DNA of 64,000 nt, from NCBI GenBank assembly GCA_012295275.1, contig CM022671.1:1240001-1304000 (forward strand), given 5' to 3'. The position numbers were made by a program, and so were the translations under genes. The notes below the pieces were generated by a model. That model had not been told where the DNA came from. It did not search any database and saw only the letters and a program-made list of their open reading frames with translations. Source of the stretch: Chrysomallon squamiferum. Taxonomy: Eukaryota > Animalia > Mollusca. Shown here piece after piece: positions 1 to 13,762 of this stretch; the stretch's first letter is position 1; each line of letters begins with the position of its first letter.

Positions 1-842
1 ACAAATTTATTTAAATGTACTAGAATAATAAAGATTAGAAAATGGAAAACAGTATATCTGAGTGTACAGCATTACTGAAAAATAAAATTTTATGTTTTAT
101 GAGAAATTTTTGTAATGTGAAAATCATTGGGAAAAAATTACTAATATATCTGTTACAAACTGCATTAAATTTCAAAATTAAAAATTGGAAGCAGTTTTGG
201 AGAAATTTATTTCAAGACACTATAATAAAAAGTAGTGAAAGATAAACATTAAAGAGAAGATTTTATTGGCTAAAGATTGTAGGTAAAAATAGTACATCTG
301 TTAGCACCTGAGGTATTTGAGTATTAAGTGTTGAAGAAAGTTTGTGAAGAAACTTACTGGAATTTATTACAAAAAATTCTTAAAAAATAAAAAATAGTTT
401 GAAAGAGTCTAATTTTAAGATTATGTATTAAGTTTAAATTTATTTACTTAAAATGTATGAAGTTACTGCTAATAGTGAAAAAATAAAGATTTTGTTCTTT
501 TAAAATCACACGGGAATATCATGACAGCAATAATTTTGAAAAATACAGATGGAAGAGAAAAGAAAATATTTTTCTGTGAAAATAATGTGAAAAAAGGAGG
601 AACCTTTGGGTGTCTGTCAACAGGGCTGGTGTTTTCAAGCTGGTAATACACAGTGTAATACACAGTGTTAGGGTGGGGCAGTTTATCAGGTTTCTCCTCA
701 TTCTTCTCTTCTTTGTTGTTTGATTATCTTTTGATGGGAATTAAGTGACTAAAGGTTTGAATGAACCAAAACATTTTAAGTGATAACTGTATGGTTAAAA
801 GATAAAAAGTTTAAACAGTTTGATTAATTATTCTCAGTTTTG

Positions 843-844
<2 letters not shown>

Positions 845-897
<53 letters not shown>
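845..897. repeat. (TG)n microsatellite
   Basis: Pure TG run. Confidence 0.95.
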
Positions 898-901
<4 letters not shown>

Positions 902-3900
902 ATGAATAAACTATGATAAAGTGAATACTGGTAAATAAATAAATGGGATATGGGTAGTGGGAAAGAAAGAACAAAATACATATATATGTAAACTGAATGA
1001 GAGCAATATATGTATATATTGCAATGCTATTTAGATTACACTGTGCTAACTTCTGTTGAACTAAACTACTAATAATTTGAACTCAAATGTTCAGATAAAG
1101 CAGTTGTTGACTGTTTATACAATTAATAAGAAAACATAAGTTTCAAGTTTCAATAAAACAGTAATATACAAATATATTTAAAAAAAAAAAAAAAAAGAAT
1201 GTGTTTAGGAAGCAATGATTCTCTTTTGTGGGATTGGAAAATCTCTGCACAGTTCATGGTGACCAACTGAAATATAGTCCCACCCATGTCCCTCCCAGCC
1301 TCTGTCTCCCCTGTAACAGACTACATATCTTCTTTCTGTCCATTCCTCCTTTTCTTCAGACTGGCTGATTTGGGGGGATTCTTTCTTTCTCTCTCAGTCT
1401 TTATTATTTTATTTTTTTTGACAAGTAGACTGTAAATATTTGGTTTATGTGAAGGGAGGGCAACTTTCCCATGATTAGCCAAACTGACCACTGAGTGGAC
1501 ATGTGGTCTTGATAGCTAGCTGATGGACTTTGCTGGCCAGACTGTCCTCTTCAATCATGGCTGTGGTAATTAAGTTAGTGTTTATGTTGTTACTGTGGAG
1601 ATGAGGTATTGAAAAACAGAAGTGAGAATAGTTTAAACGTCTGTGGTAGGAAATAACAGACACTGGTGACAGGCGAAATAGTCACACACTGTTGACTTGT
1701 GAAAAATTAACTTCTTGTATTGGGCAGAGAAAGAATGGCTAGAAATTTGAGACAAACTGTGTGTGTGTGTGTGTGTGAAGTATTTCTGCATCTGTGCATT
1801 AGAGAGACGTTTTTGAAAATTATATTTAATTTAAAAAAATAATAATTATAAACAGTGTAAACCTATAAACATACAACATGTTTGTTTCATTTTCTTTAAA
1901 CATTTACTTATTTTCTAGCACACAAACATTCACAGTATCAATAAAGCTCATAAGTCATATTCCTGTTTGGGACCATTAGCAATCTGATATCTTTGTTTCA
2001 GACTTTTGAAATAATTCAAGTAGATTTTTATTTGCTGTTTCTGCATTTTTGAGGTCAAATAGAACACAAAACTTTATGAATGAAAATATCTGCTATTGAT
2101 GAGTGGTTGATAGCCAGCATAACTTGTACCATGAAAAGAAAAATATGTTCAGGATTAAAAGTCAGGTTTTTGTATTCATGTCCTTAGCTCAGTGAAGCAG
2201 AAGATAATTTGAAAAATATTTGAATTATATATATATTTTTGCACAGTATTTTGTTATGATTATGTAATTTTAAAAAGTGATAAAAATATTACATACTTCA
2301 AAAGATTCCCAACAAAAACATATAAAAAAAAAAAAAAAAAAAAAAAAACAGAATTAAATTTCTACAGCTGTATTAATAAAACAAGAAACTCTTTCACTGT
2401 TAAAAGTTCACATGTTTCCATTGTCTGTGGCAGACAAACAAAAACACTGCAGTATTTATTTATCAAAACTAAAAACACCAAGTCTCCATTTCCTCCTGAA
2501 CCCTTTTTTTTTATATATCTTGCCAAAATGTTTGTGCTCACAGTTTGTGTTGTAAGATTACCCCTCCAGCAGGAAGCCTGCTGGTGTGGGCAGGGTTGTC
2601 ACACCTCCCCTCCCCCTCACTGACAGGCGGGCGGAGCTCCCGTATGCTGAAAAAAGTGAGAAGACTACTGCAGCCACTCTGACGTTGTGATACAGCTCAT
2701 TTCATGCAGGGACTGCTGTTGGCTATGACAGCTTATCATGTGCTAATTATCTCTCCACTGAGACTGAATTACTGGCTGGTGTGGCAGTCTGCTGCTGTGA
2801 TATACAAAAAATGTGTGCAGAGGGAGAGAGTAATATGTCAGAAAAATTAAAAAGTGGGAGATAGTAGTTTTAGATGTTTTGTTTTTGAAGATTTACTTTT
2901 GATATGGAATACTGAAGCTATAAAGATTTTGAGGATTTCGTTTGTGGGAGACTAAAGCTGTTTACTGTTATTCTGATGTTTTGTTATACTTGTGGATAAT
3001 TTCTGTGAAAAAAAGTGTTTGATGTTCTCAGTGGATTATAGCACTGAGAACTGAAGGATTATAATCATTACTGTGCAGTTTGGTGGCAAAGTTTATGAGT
3101 GAAACTTTGCAGTTAAAAGTAGACTGATATTTTCTGTGGACCTTTCTTATAGGCAAAAAAAACAAAAGCAACTGAAATATGTAACATTTAATTTGTTGAA
3201 ATTCTAACTCTCTCAATTCTGTGAAATAACTTCAGAAAGACAGCAGTTTGTTTTTCAAAGTTTATAATGAAAACATCTTATGAATAAAACATTTCATTGA
3301 TCTTATTTTCATTAAGAAAATTCAAGATGTTATCAGAAAGAAGACATTTAGAGTTGTATTCTGCAGTGATTCCCATAAGTGTCCTGTTGCTTGAAAAGGA
3401 AATATTGACTTTTTAAATTTAAGTAGAGGAAATAGTCAATACTTTTTATGTGCGTGAATTCTCAGAGTTTTTTTTTATGTTTTTTTTAAAGAAAAAACAA
3501 GAACAGTTCTTCTTTAAACAAAAAAAATTGTTAAAATGTTGTAAAAACTTAAAACAGGAAAGTTATTTTCAAAACATTTAGAAATATCTAAATTATTAAT
3601 ATAATTGATTCAAAAAAAAAAATCTGTTATATTAAATGTTTAGAAGAAAAAAGAAGAAAGAAAAGAACAAATGTCCATAAAAATATAATAAGTTAGATTT
3701 ACAAACAATATATTTCAAGACTTGATTTAAACTTTATAGAAAAACTGCTTACAAAACAAAATAGTATGACAGTTTGTAGTAAAACATACTATCTATAACA
3801 TTTTAGAACAACGTTCCATTGCCATTAATAAATAATATGTAATGTATTATTATTTTCATTGACATTTCTAACACTGTATTACTTCAGTCTGAATGACATG

Positions 3901-4039
3901 ATACACACAAACCTCGCTCTGACAGTTTGTCATTGAAGACTTTAAGAAATGACTGTTGTGTAACAAAAGTGGATGTGTTAAGTTCAGATACAGATCTTTT
4001 AGTCGTGGTTTGAATTTTCACAATGAAGTTTTTCTCTAG

Positions 4040-4297
4040 ATTGCTGGACAAGGTGCAGTCGGAACCAACTCTGAGGGAAGATGGAAAGAGATTTGTTATG
4101 TCAGTCACAAGTCTGCTGGATAAACTCCTTGACTACAGGTAAGAAAGTTAAATAATTTAATTAATTTGTCTTTGTTATTTCATTAGTTTTATTAAGAAAT
4201 AATTGGTGGCTAGGTGATTACCTACATTTGATTAATTGTTTTTCTGTTCCAGATTAGAAATTTAAAAAAAAAAAAAAAAAAAAAAGAAAGAAAAAAA

Positions 4298-4342
<45 letters not shown>

Positions 4343-4707
4343 TTTTATTACTACTGTTCTTTATTTTAATTTTTATTTGAAATTAAACTTTGAAACAGTG
4401 TGAGAATGTCAAAGTTGCAGATTAACAATATCAGTTACAAAGAAATGAAGAAAACAAGGTCCCCATTAACTTGGCAGCAAGAAGGAAGTGAATGCTGCTT
4501 TATGCATCTTTTATTTCTACTTATTTTATATGGCCATCTGCACGTTGTAAAATGTGGACTGAACTGCAGAAAAGTACATCAGTGTTTACACATACATCAG
4601 TGTTTACACATACTTCCTTACTGAGTGACCTGCTCCTTGTTAACACTAATTAACACTTTATATGCTAAAATATCAGCTTTAGATAATTATTATTTAAATC
4701 ATTTATA

Positions 4708-4744
<37 letters not shown>

Positions 4745-4977
4745 AAATGAAATCAAAAAAAAAAAAAAATTATGTATCCACATTATGCATATCCATAAAA
4801 GTATACACATTAAAATATAAGTGTAAAAATGCCTATATAAATACATCTCTATTTTTCTTTCTTTTTTTCCATTTACTTCCTGTTTTCCAGTTTCTTCATA
4901 CTCATTTGCTGCCTTTCATTCAGTCTCCAAACTCCTTCACAAACACACTGCACAACACACACCCACACACACACAGA

Positions 4978-5016
<39 letters not shown>

Positions 5017-8000
5017 CACCCTTTTTTTTACCTCCTTGCTGCTAACATCAATTTTACACACGCCTAAACAGTTTCATCAATCCCATTAAAAATTTATAAA
5101 AATCTGAAGAAAGAAAAACTGAAATAATTCCATTTCCTTGCACTTGTTTATTTACAAGTATAATTTTGTTTTGTTTTTGTTGCTTATGAGCTAGAACCAG
5201 ATTTCATGCTCATAACGATGCACTCAATTTATCTTCCTTTTTTTTTTTGGTTCTTCACTTTTTTCTTCTCTATATCCTATCTTCATGTGCTAAAATGAGC
5301 TTTGCTCAGATTGCATGCTGGATATAATGGATACTCACTTCCTGCTTTAAAAGACAGGTTTACTTAGGCTCACACATGGAAGCAATTCTAGCTAAGAAGC
5401 AGTTATTCTCTGGCAACAGATGTGATGGTCAAAGCAGACACATTTCTGTTAATGATTTTAAATGAAATAACTCATTTGGATGTGTTTATTTATCAGTAAT
5501 TTAAATAAATAAATAAATAAATAAATAAGCAATAATAATTTGTACTTTTATAGATAAACAGTAGTACTGCTAATGCTATTATTATTATACTTACAGCACT
5601 AGTATTATTGCTACAGCTACTACTGTTGCTGCTGTCATTACTTCAATAAATACAACTAGTATACTATTACAGCAACAACAGTGATCACTCCTATACCTGG
5701 AACAAAATATTCAGTTATTACTAAATTCTTTTCTTTAAGTTAATAAAATAAAATTAATATATAACTTTTTAAAAGTGTTATTAAAGAAAATGAGTGTTAA
5801 TAGTTTCATGATGTTAATAAATATATATTTTAAAAAACAAATATTGTAAATTTGAGATAAAATTAGATTGGTTCGATTTAATATTAAAATTAGACTGTTT
5901 TTTTTTTTAATGCAGTGAATTCTGTTGAGGGTAGAATAAGTTTATTTTCTTTAAATGCCTTAAATCTTTGCACTGTGAAGATGGTGACAGTTAAGGTCAG
6001 AAGATCACTAATGTTATGGTTTGTGGTGTAAACTTCCTCCCCTGCTGACAGAGATCCCACCTTCTGTGTGGTCTTCTGTCTTAGCAGGAAACTGTCTCTG
6101 CATGGAGAAACACAAAGTCCTCATTCATCTGTGTATCGTTTCACTGGAATCTTTCTGTTTATTAAAAACATAATTAATGGCCACCTAATATTTGGATTTA
6201 TTCTTTTGATTTTTAATCTTGATTTCAATGTATAATTGTTTAATTCTTTACTTTTTTTTTCTTTTAAAAAAAAAAAAAAAAAGACTATCCCTGAAAAAAA
6301 AAAAAAAAAAATATTTTTCAAAAAATTAAAAGCCTATGTCTTAACAGCATCTGTCTAAATTTAAAGAAAAAAATCTGTTACTTTTGTACATCTGTCCACT
6401 CAAAAAATAAATGAAATGTTTAAAATTAGACCCAAGATGTTGGGTTAATTTTTACCAAATGTTATGAATATTTATACATTTCCTCTTCTCATCATAACAT
6501 TTTTGAAGAATGTTTGAAAAAAAAAAAAATTATGATTATATGATGCTATTGCGATTACAATTACTTTTATTACTCATATAATTGTATTTTGTGTCTTCCA
6601 TTTTTTTTTTGCTTTTTGCTTTGCTTCTTTTTTTTCTTTATATTTATCTGTTGTTCAAAACTTTACATTTCATCTTTTCAAAATGTTTCAACCTCTGACA
6701 TTAAAAATCATAACAGAGTACTGGCTTAACCACGTCTATGTTTAATTTCAAAATACTGTTGTGTTTGTTCAGACAAGTTGTGGAAGGTGAGGACAATGAA
6801 GATAAGAAGATGCACTGCACATTCAACATCCTTGTAAGTAGTTTTTTATTTATTCAAAAAAAAATTCATTGTTTTATTGTTTTATTAATATTTATTCCCA
6901 GTTTCATTCATTACTATTATTACCAGTTAATCTTATAAAAGGTGGGGTTTGTAAAAAAAAAATGGTTTACTTCAAATTTATTTCTATTTGTTATTTTATT
7001 ATTGTTTATTATTTTTATGTTTAATTAGTATCCTTTTTTCTTTTTGATTTTATGTGTGCCTGGATCACACACAGAGACTACATTTATACACGTGAAGTCA
7101 CACAAGTACACAAGCACTCAGAGATGCATACAGACACACAAATGAACAAATCTGATGTAAATAAAAATAAGTGATGCATTTTTTTCAGAACTTCTACAAG
7201 GACAACATCAACAGGGAGGAGCTCTACATCCGCTACATCAACAAACTGTTTCAGCTTCACCACGACGCCAACAACTTCGTGGAGGCTGGGTTGACGCTGC
7301 AACTGTACGCGCAGCTACTACAGTGGAACGATGAGCAGCTGGCGGCCGACTTTGGCTACGGCAGTGAGAAGCAGTGGGAGAGAAAGGAGAAGCTCTACCT
7401 CAGAGTCATTGAATGCTTCGATGCTGGAAAGGTGTGTGAGTTTTCTGTCTCTGTGTGATACTAACAAGTCAGGGAACTAGCTGCTCCTTTCCCAGTTTAC
7501 AACACTGTCCCACAACTGATTTGTCTCAGGCCTTAATGTACTGTCAGGTCAAGGTGCTTATAAAATTAAAACTAAATAAATAAAAATAATAATAATTAGT
7601 TAGTTAAAGGAATTAAAATAGAAACTGTTGTTATTTTGTATCAATTTGTTTTTTTTAATTCAAATGCTAGGTGAGGGATGTTCTAAGAAAAACATCTGCT
7701 GAGATCAGTTAAACATTAATTAATTTGTTTATTTTGCAGGCTTGGGAATACGGAATACCTCTGTGTAAAGAGTTAGCTAAAGAGTATGAGAAAAAGTTTT
7801 ACTACCAGAAACTCAGTGAGATTCTTGTAAGTCATATTGTTTTGTTTTTTTACATACACAAGTACCAGACCATTATTCCAGATTTCTGGAATTACCAAAT
7901 TTCCAGCTTTATCTGCTAAATACAATTTGATTCCTTATTTTTCATTGCTTATTTTATATTTTAAGTATATATTAAGCCTTGATCCAGAAAATCTGGAAAT

Positions 8001-8222
8001 CAAAGTATCCAGATCACTTCCAGTCCCAAATTTACTAAATAAATATTTTGGTACCTATCAGGTGTTTATCTGTGAAGCTATTCGATGATTTCTATATACA
8101 GTTTCATATACACAGATAATTCTTCTTTATCATTCAACACATCAACAGTCAGTGCATCACATCATCCAAGTTATGCATTTCTCCATTCATCCTTCCACCC
8201 ATCATTTATCTAACTATACCAT

Positions 8223-8306
<84 letters not shown>

Positions 8307-11300
8307 TAAAAACCACAGTGTAATATTCTATACAAATCATTCCAGTGTTGTTGTATATGATTTTAAAAGGTGACATACCAAGTGACATTTACAGGGTAAT
8401 TTTCTTACATGAAATTAGTCTGTTAATTGTCATGTTTTCACTGGCTGCCTGTGGTACTGGCACACACAGTTAGTCCTATCTGGTCAAAGCAGAACAATTT
8501 ATCTTCAAAACTCATTCAGTTTCCATTAAAATGGGGTCGTTATGGGTTTGTCTTCCAAGTGAATAAATTGGTGCATCAATTTAGGGATGAAAAAATTGAC
8601 CCATTTTGCAAATTGTTATAAATTTAACTGACAAAACATGTTTAGGATTCAGTCTGTACTAGTGTCAGTGCATTATAGTTAGCTTGTTTTTGTCCTGTTA
8701 TGATGAAATTTAGAAGTTATTGTCAGAAGACTGAAATGTCAGTACCAAAATGTAATATCTATTGTATACATTAGATTATTTTTCCTTTGCTTTCTCTATA
8801 TCCTTTTCCTTTCCTCTTTCTCTCAAATCATTTATTCTAGCACAGTCTTGTAGGCTATATATAACCAATGTCATATCCTCCCTATTTGATAAAGCTAACA
8901 CTTAATATTTGTCAATAACAAAGGAGATTAGATACAAATTTCAAACTTTATATAAATTTTTAAAATATTTTTAATTGTAATTTTGCACATCTTGCGATCT
9001 GTTTAATTATTAATATAATTATTTAATTTTAAATTGTATATTTATTAATAGATTTTAAGTTAATTAATTATATATTGATTTGTTTTTCAAAACAGCAAAG
9101 AGAAGCAAAATTCTTCACAAACATACTGAACAGTCTGACACACAGGCAGAAACCTTCGTACTTCAGAGTTGTCTACTATGGAAAGTCTTTCCCTCCTTTC
9201 ATTAGAGTGAGTGATTTATTTATGTATGTTTCATTTTACAGTTCCCATTATAATAAAACTTCCTTGTACTAATACAGTACAATAAAAGCAATAATTAAAA
9301 TATTAAAACAGTGAAATTGGTAAAAAAAAAATGTTTTGATTTAGAAATGAGCAACAGCGACATCGTTTGGAATTAATGAAAATAAATTAATGTATGTTTA
9401 ATGCGTGTTTTTCAGAATAAGGCTTTCATATATCGAGGTGATGAGTGTATGAAGCTCGATGCAATGAAACAAAACCTGCTCCAGGAGTACCCCTCTGCAA
9501 CCATCCTCGGCAACAAACCAGTTGAAAACAGTATTAAGGAAGGCGATGCTCAGTGTATCTTTTCTAACACGTTGTGTTTGATTTACTTCTCAAAGGATCT
9601 GATTTTATCAAAGGTTTAACGTGTTCAGTTTAGTGTTAACAGCATTAACATGTACAGATTAGGTTTGTTTAGACCAGAGATTTTCAAACTCCTTTCTAAC
9701 TGAATTCTTTTAATATGTGAATGAAATATGCCCAGTACTTTTATTAGGTAAATTATAATGCAAGGTTAAAATATATGAAATTAATTTTGCTCTCATACTT
9801 CTTCGTGACTACTTGCAAACCCCAAGAGTACGTGTACCACAATTTGAAAACCTCTTGTTTAGACATTAAGATTTGGTGTAGTAAAGGTCAAAAATGGAAT
9901 GAATATGATGGAGGAACAAATAATGTTTCTGCATACATATGTGTGTATTATAATTTTTAGTTGCATATGAAGTATATTCTTTCCAAACTTAAACAAGAGA
10001 AAAGTATATCAGAGAATAAGAATCATTTCTTTAACTGACTAAGACATTCAGCTGTGCAGTGTGAAGCCTGTGCCCAGCCCTAGACTGGAGTTTCTTGACC
10101 TCGATGTTCCTGCAGAGATCAAGGATTTCTACGAGTACAATGAGGTGGAGATCTTCCAGTTTGACAGACCTTACCACCAGGGAGAGAAAGACAAAAACAA
10201 TGATTTTAAGGTATTAAAACAAGTTTCAGACATTTTGTTGATCTGTATGCAAAACATTAATATGTATTTACTTCTCACAATATCTGTTCTGACAAAATTG
10301 TTTTTTTGATATCATAATTTTCAACAAAGTTTATTGTACTCAGAATATTTTTGATTCAAGGACAAAGATTTGTGACATTTAGACAGTTTATAAAAGTGTT
10401 TTTCTTTAAATTTTTATTATTACTGTTATAATTTTTATTAATTAATTATTTTTTAAATTTATTTTTGTTTTAAAGTTTTAGAGACAAACATTAACTTGCT
10501 TGATACAATAATGTGGTTGTTGTTTCAGCCTAATAAAAAGAAATCTGCTCACATTGCACCTACACTGAAGGTAGCTAAAGATGTTGAAAAAAGAATTATC
10601 GTTCTTGTTATTTGTGTTTGTGTTATTTTCATGTTCTTGTTAGGCCATGAGAATACAAATTCAAGTTTTGTGGCAGTTCTTACATTAGCTGAAAATTATT
10701 AAAATATTATAAAAAAAATATTCTTCTGGCCTAACTGGTATTATTGTTGTTGATGTTAATTTTTCACAGAGGTTTCAGTTAAACTGTTGTTCAAGGTTTA
10801 TTGTTTCATTTGGTGTTGTATTCCTTGTTTAGTTTCTCTGTTTGAAACCTATGTTGTTTAGAAGTATCTATTTATTTATTTTAAATCCAGTTTTGATTTT
10901 AAATTCTTACTTGATTCATCCTTACACAGACTCTGTGGCTGGAAAGAACCATCATGAGAACTACGTACAAACTTCCAGGAATCCTGCGATGGTACGAAAT
11001 CATTGACACGCAGGTGCTGCACCTCAGCCCCATCTCCACCGCCATTGACAACATGCGCACTGTCAACTCGGAACTGCAGCATCTGGTCAAACACTGCAAG
11101 CAGCACCAGAGCATCTTCTTCAAACAGATGGAAATGAGACTGCAGGGAGTCATCAGTGCAGCAGTCAATGGAGGCATACCAAAGTACCAGGAGGTGAGCT
11201 AGTTAAATTCTCGTATAGACACTTCACCAAAGTACCAGGAGGTAGGCTAGTTCAATTCTTGTATAGACACTTCACCAAAGTACCAGGAGGTGAGCTAGTT

Positions 11301-13075
11301 AAATTCTCGTATAGACACTTCACCAAAGTACCAGGAGGTGAGCTAGTTAAATTCTCACATAGACACTTCACCAAAGTACCAGGAGGTGAGCTAGTTAAAT
11401 TCTCACATAGACACTTCACCAAAGTACCAGGAGGTGAGCTAGTTAAATTCTCATGTAGACACTTCACCAAAGTATCAGGAGGTAGGCTAGTTAAATTCTC
11501 GTATAGATAGGTCATGTAAAACCTTTAGTATCAGAAATGGTGAATATTTATGTTTGTGTTAATTCATTTATTTTAATTTTAATTCATGCCTTTAAATTTT
11601 GTAACATAAGAAAATGATATTCAAGAAATGTCACTACTTTGTTTTTTGTTCTTAGGCATTTTTCTGTAAAGAGTTTCGAGAAAATCATCCTGAAGAAATA
11701 GACAGAGTTTCCGAATTTAATTTCAAGATCAAGTCATGCAGCAGGTAAGTGTGTTTGTGTGTGTGTGATTCAAAGATTCTTTGAGACTTTTGACTAGATA
11801 TGAGATGTCTGTTCTGTTGATTATACAGATTTGTGTTTGTGTTGACAGATTCGACTGTTAGATCAAGGCTTAGAGATTCATGGACATCTATTCTGCTGAT
11901 TATAGATATTTGTGTTTTTGTTGACAGATTCGACTGTTAGAGCAAGGCTTAGAGATTCATGGACGTCTATTCTGCTGATTATAGATATTTGTGTTTTTGT
12001 TGACAGATTCGACTGTTAGAGCAAGGCTTAGAGATTCATGGACAACTCGCCACTGATGATCTGCAGCCACTTCACAAAAGTTTAGTCGACCTCTTCAAGA
12101 AGATGAAGCAGGAAGCAAATCGTATGGTGAGAAAGAAACATATCATCTCTCTGTCTCTTTTTCTTACCCTTCCCCCTCCCTTTTCTTCTGCTCTTTTTAT
12201 GTTTTGTCTGTGGTTTCTCCTTGTATATGCTTTTATGTGTGGTTTCTCCTTGTATATGCTTTTATGTGGTTGTCATCAGTTGAATATTATTTTCTAAACC
12301 TTACTCTGAACATTAATCTGTATTTTGTTTTGTGAAAATAAGTTCACACTGACAGAATTTAGTAATAGTGTGTGTGTGTTTCAGGGCTCCCCCAGGGACA
12401 CTCACCTGTTACGTAGTTCAGCGTTTGGAACTCCGCCCCGACCAGCCACACCTGGCAGCACTTCCCAGCATTCCAGTGGGGGGAGGTTTGTAAAACAAAA
12501 TATAAAACTTATCTTCTCAAACTGTGATTAAATTGTACTTTTCATCATGTGATTGTGTTTATATATAAACAGTAATTTAAAAAATGAATAATTGAGAGTT
12601 TTGGTGTGGGTTTTTTTTATGTGATTTATCTCACTGGGGATTAAATAATAATTAGTAAATAATAATAATTAACAACAGCACAACTTAATGTTTTAAACTG
12701 TACAATACATAGAGTTGTTGATAAGTATATCTAGTACACATATAAATGACATTGCACTCTAAACATTGTTTTATTATCTACATCATCAGCTAACACTGTT
12801 ATCTCCATTCAGTGCTTTAACATTAAGGAGTGAAACACTTTAATGGACAAAAGTAATTATATTCTAAATAATACAATTAAAATAATAATTAAAATAGTGA
12901 AGAAAACGTAACTGTGAAGTTTTCTGTGAGGTGTTGTTTTGTTGTAGTAGCAGTCGATCTTCTGTGGTTTCTACTGATGCAATGTACCAGGACGATGAAA
13001 ACGTCTACACTGATCCAGATGTAAGTAACCTTGCTTTTATCGATTTTTAAATTATATTCAGGATCATATGCTGTT

Positions 13076-13107
<32 letters not shown>

Positions 13108-13731
13108 TTTTTTTTTTAGCATATTTTTTAAAAACAACATGTGATATCAATAATTGTGTTTTTGTTTTTTTAAATGGCTGTGACAACATCCTCTTAACCC
13201 ACTCTTACTGTTTCAGCAGTTTAACCTGTTTAATCAACTCTTACACATTTTTATTATATAAAATAGACTTTGTTATCTAATAATTGTCTTTAATTTCACT
13301 TTTTATTAAGTCTTACTGGTATTTTCCTCTTTACAAATAAAACAAAGAGAATGTTGGTATGTAAGTAATTATTAACATGCTTCAATCAGGAAAAACTTTT
13401 TTTTTATGTGTTCATGTAATGTATAGAAAGGGAATTTTCTAGAGTGTTTTGTCAAAAATAAACCTTTCAGCTAAAATTGATTTAAAGAAATGTTTGCTAA
13501 CTGAAAAGAATTATGATATTTGGATTTGCTTGTTACAGTTTTTATTATTTTCAACATAATTCACTATAAGAAAATAAGTAATTAAATAAAATAATTATGA
13601 TCTGTAAATATATTTGTAAAGTTTAATTTTTATTAGATCTTAACTAAGAAAATTCAAATTAAAAGGGATATATATATGGTTCTCTAGGGGTTAAAAAGAA
13701 ACAAATGATACATTGGAAAGAAACACCTCTG

Positions 13732-13762
<31 letters not shown>

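Noticed and set aside
10876-11177. Antisense ORFs over DOCK exons, also 7084-7302, 21786-22118, 43896-44303, 60597-60899
   Set aside because: Shadows of real coding exons on the opposite strand.
11252-11515. Repetitive ORFs on both strands (RHFTKVPGGELVKFS)n and a CRISPR-like look
   Set aside because: Product of a 48-bp (multiple of 3) minisatellite; no unique spacers; eukaryotic intron.
11714-12006. Idea that acceptor 11928 (+79 nt) compensates the +5 frameshift (84 nt total)
   Set aside because: The arithmetic works, but the shifted frame reads AGA TTC GAC TGT TAG and stops right after any of the three acceptors.
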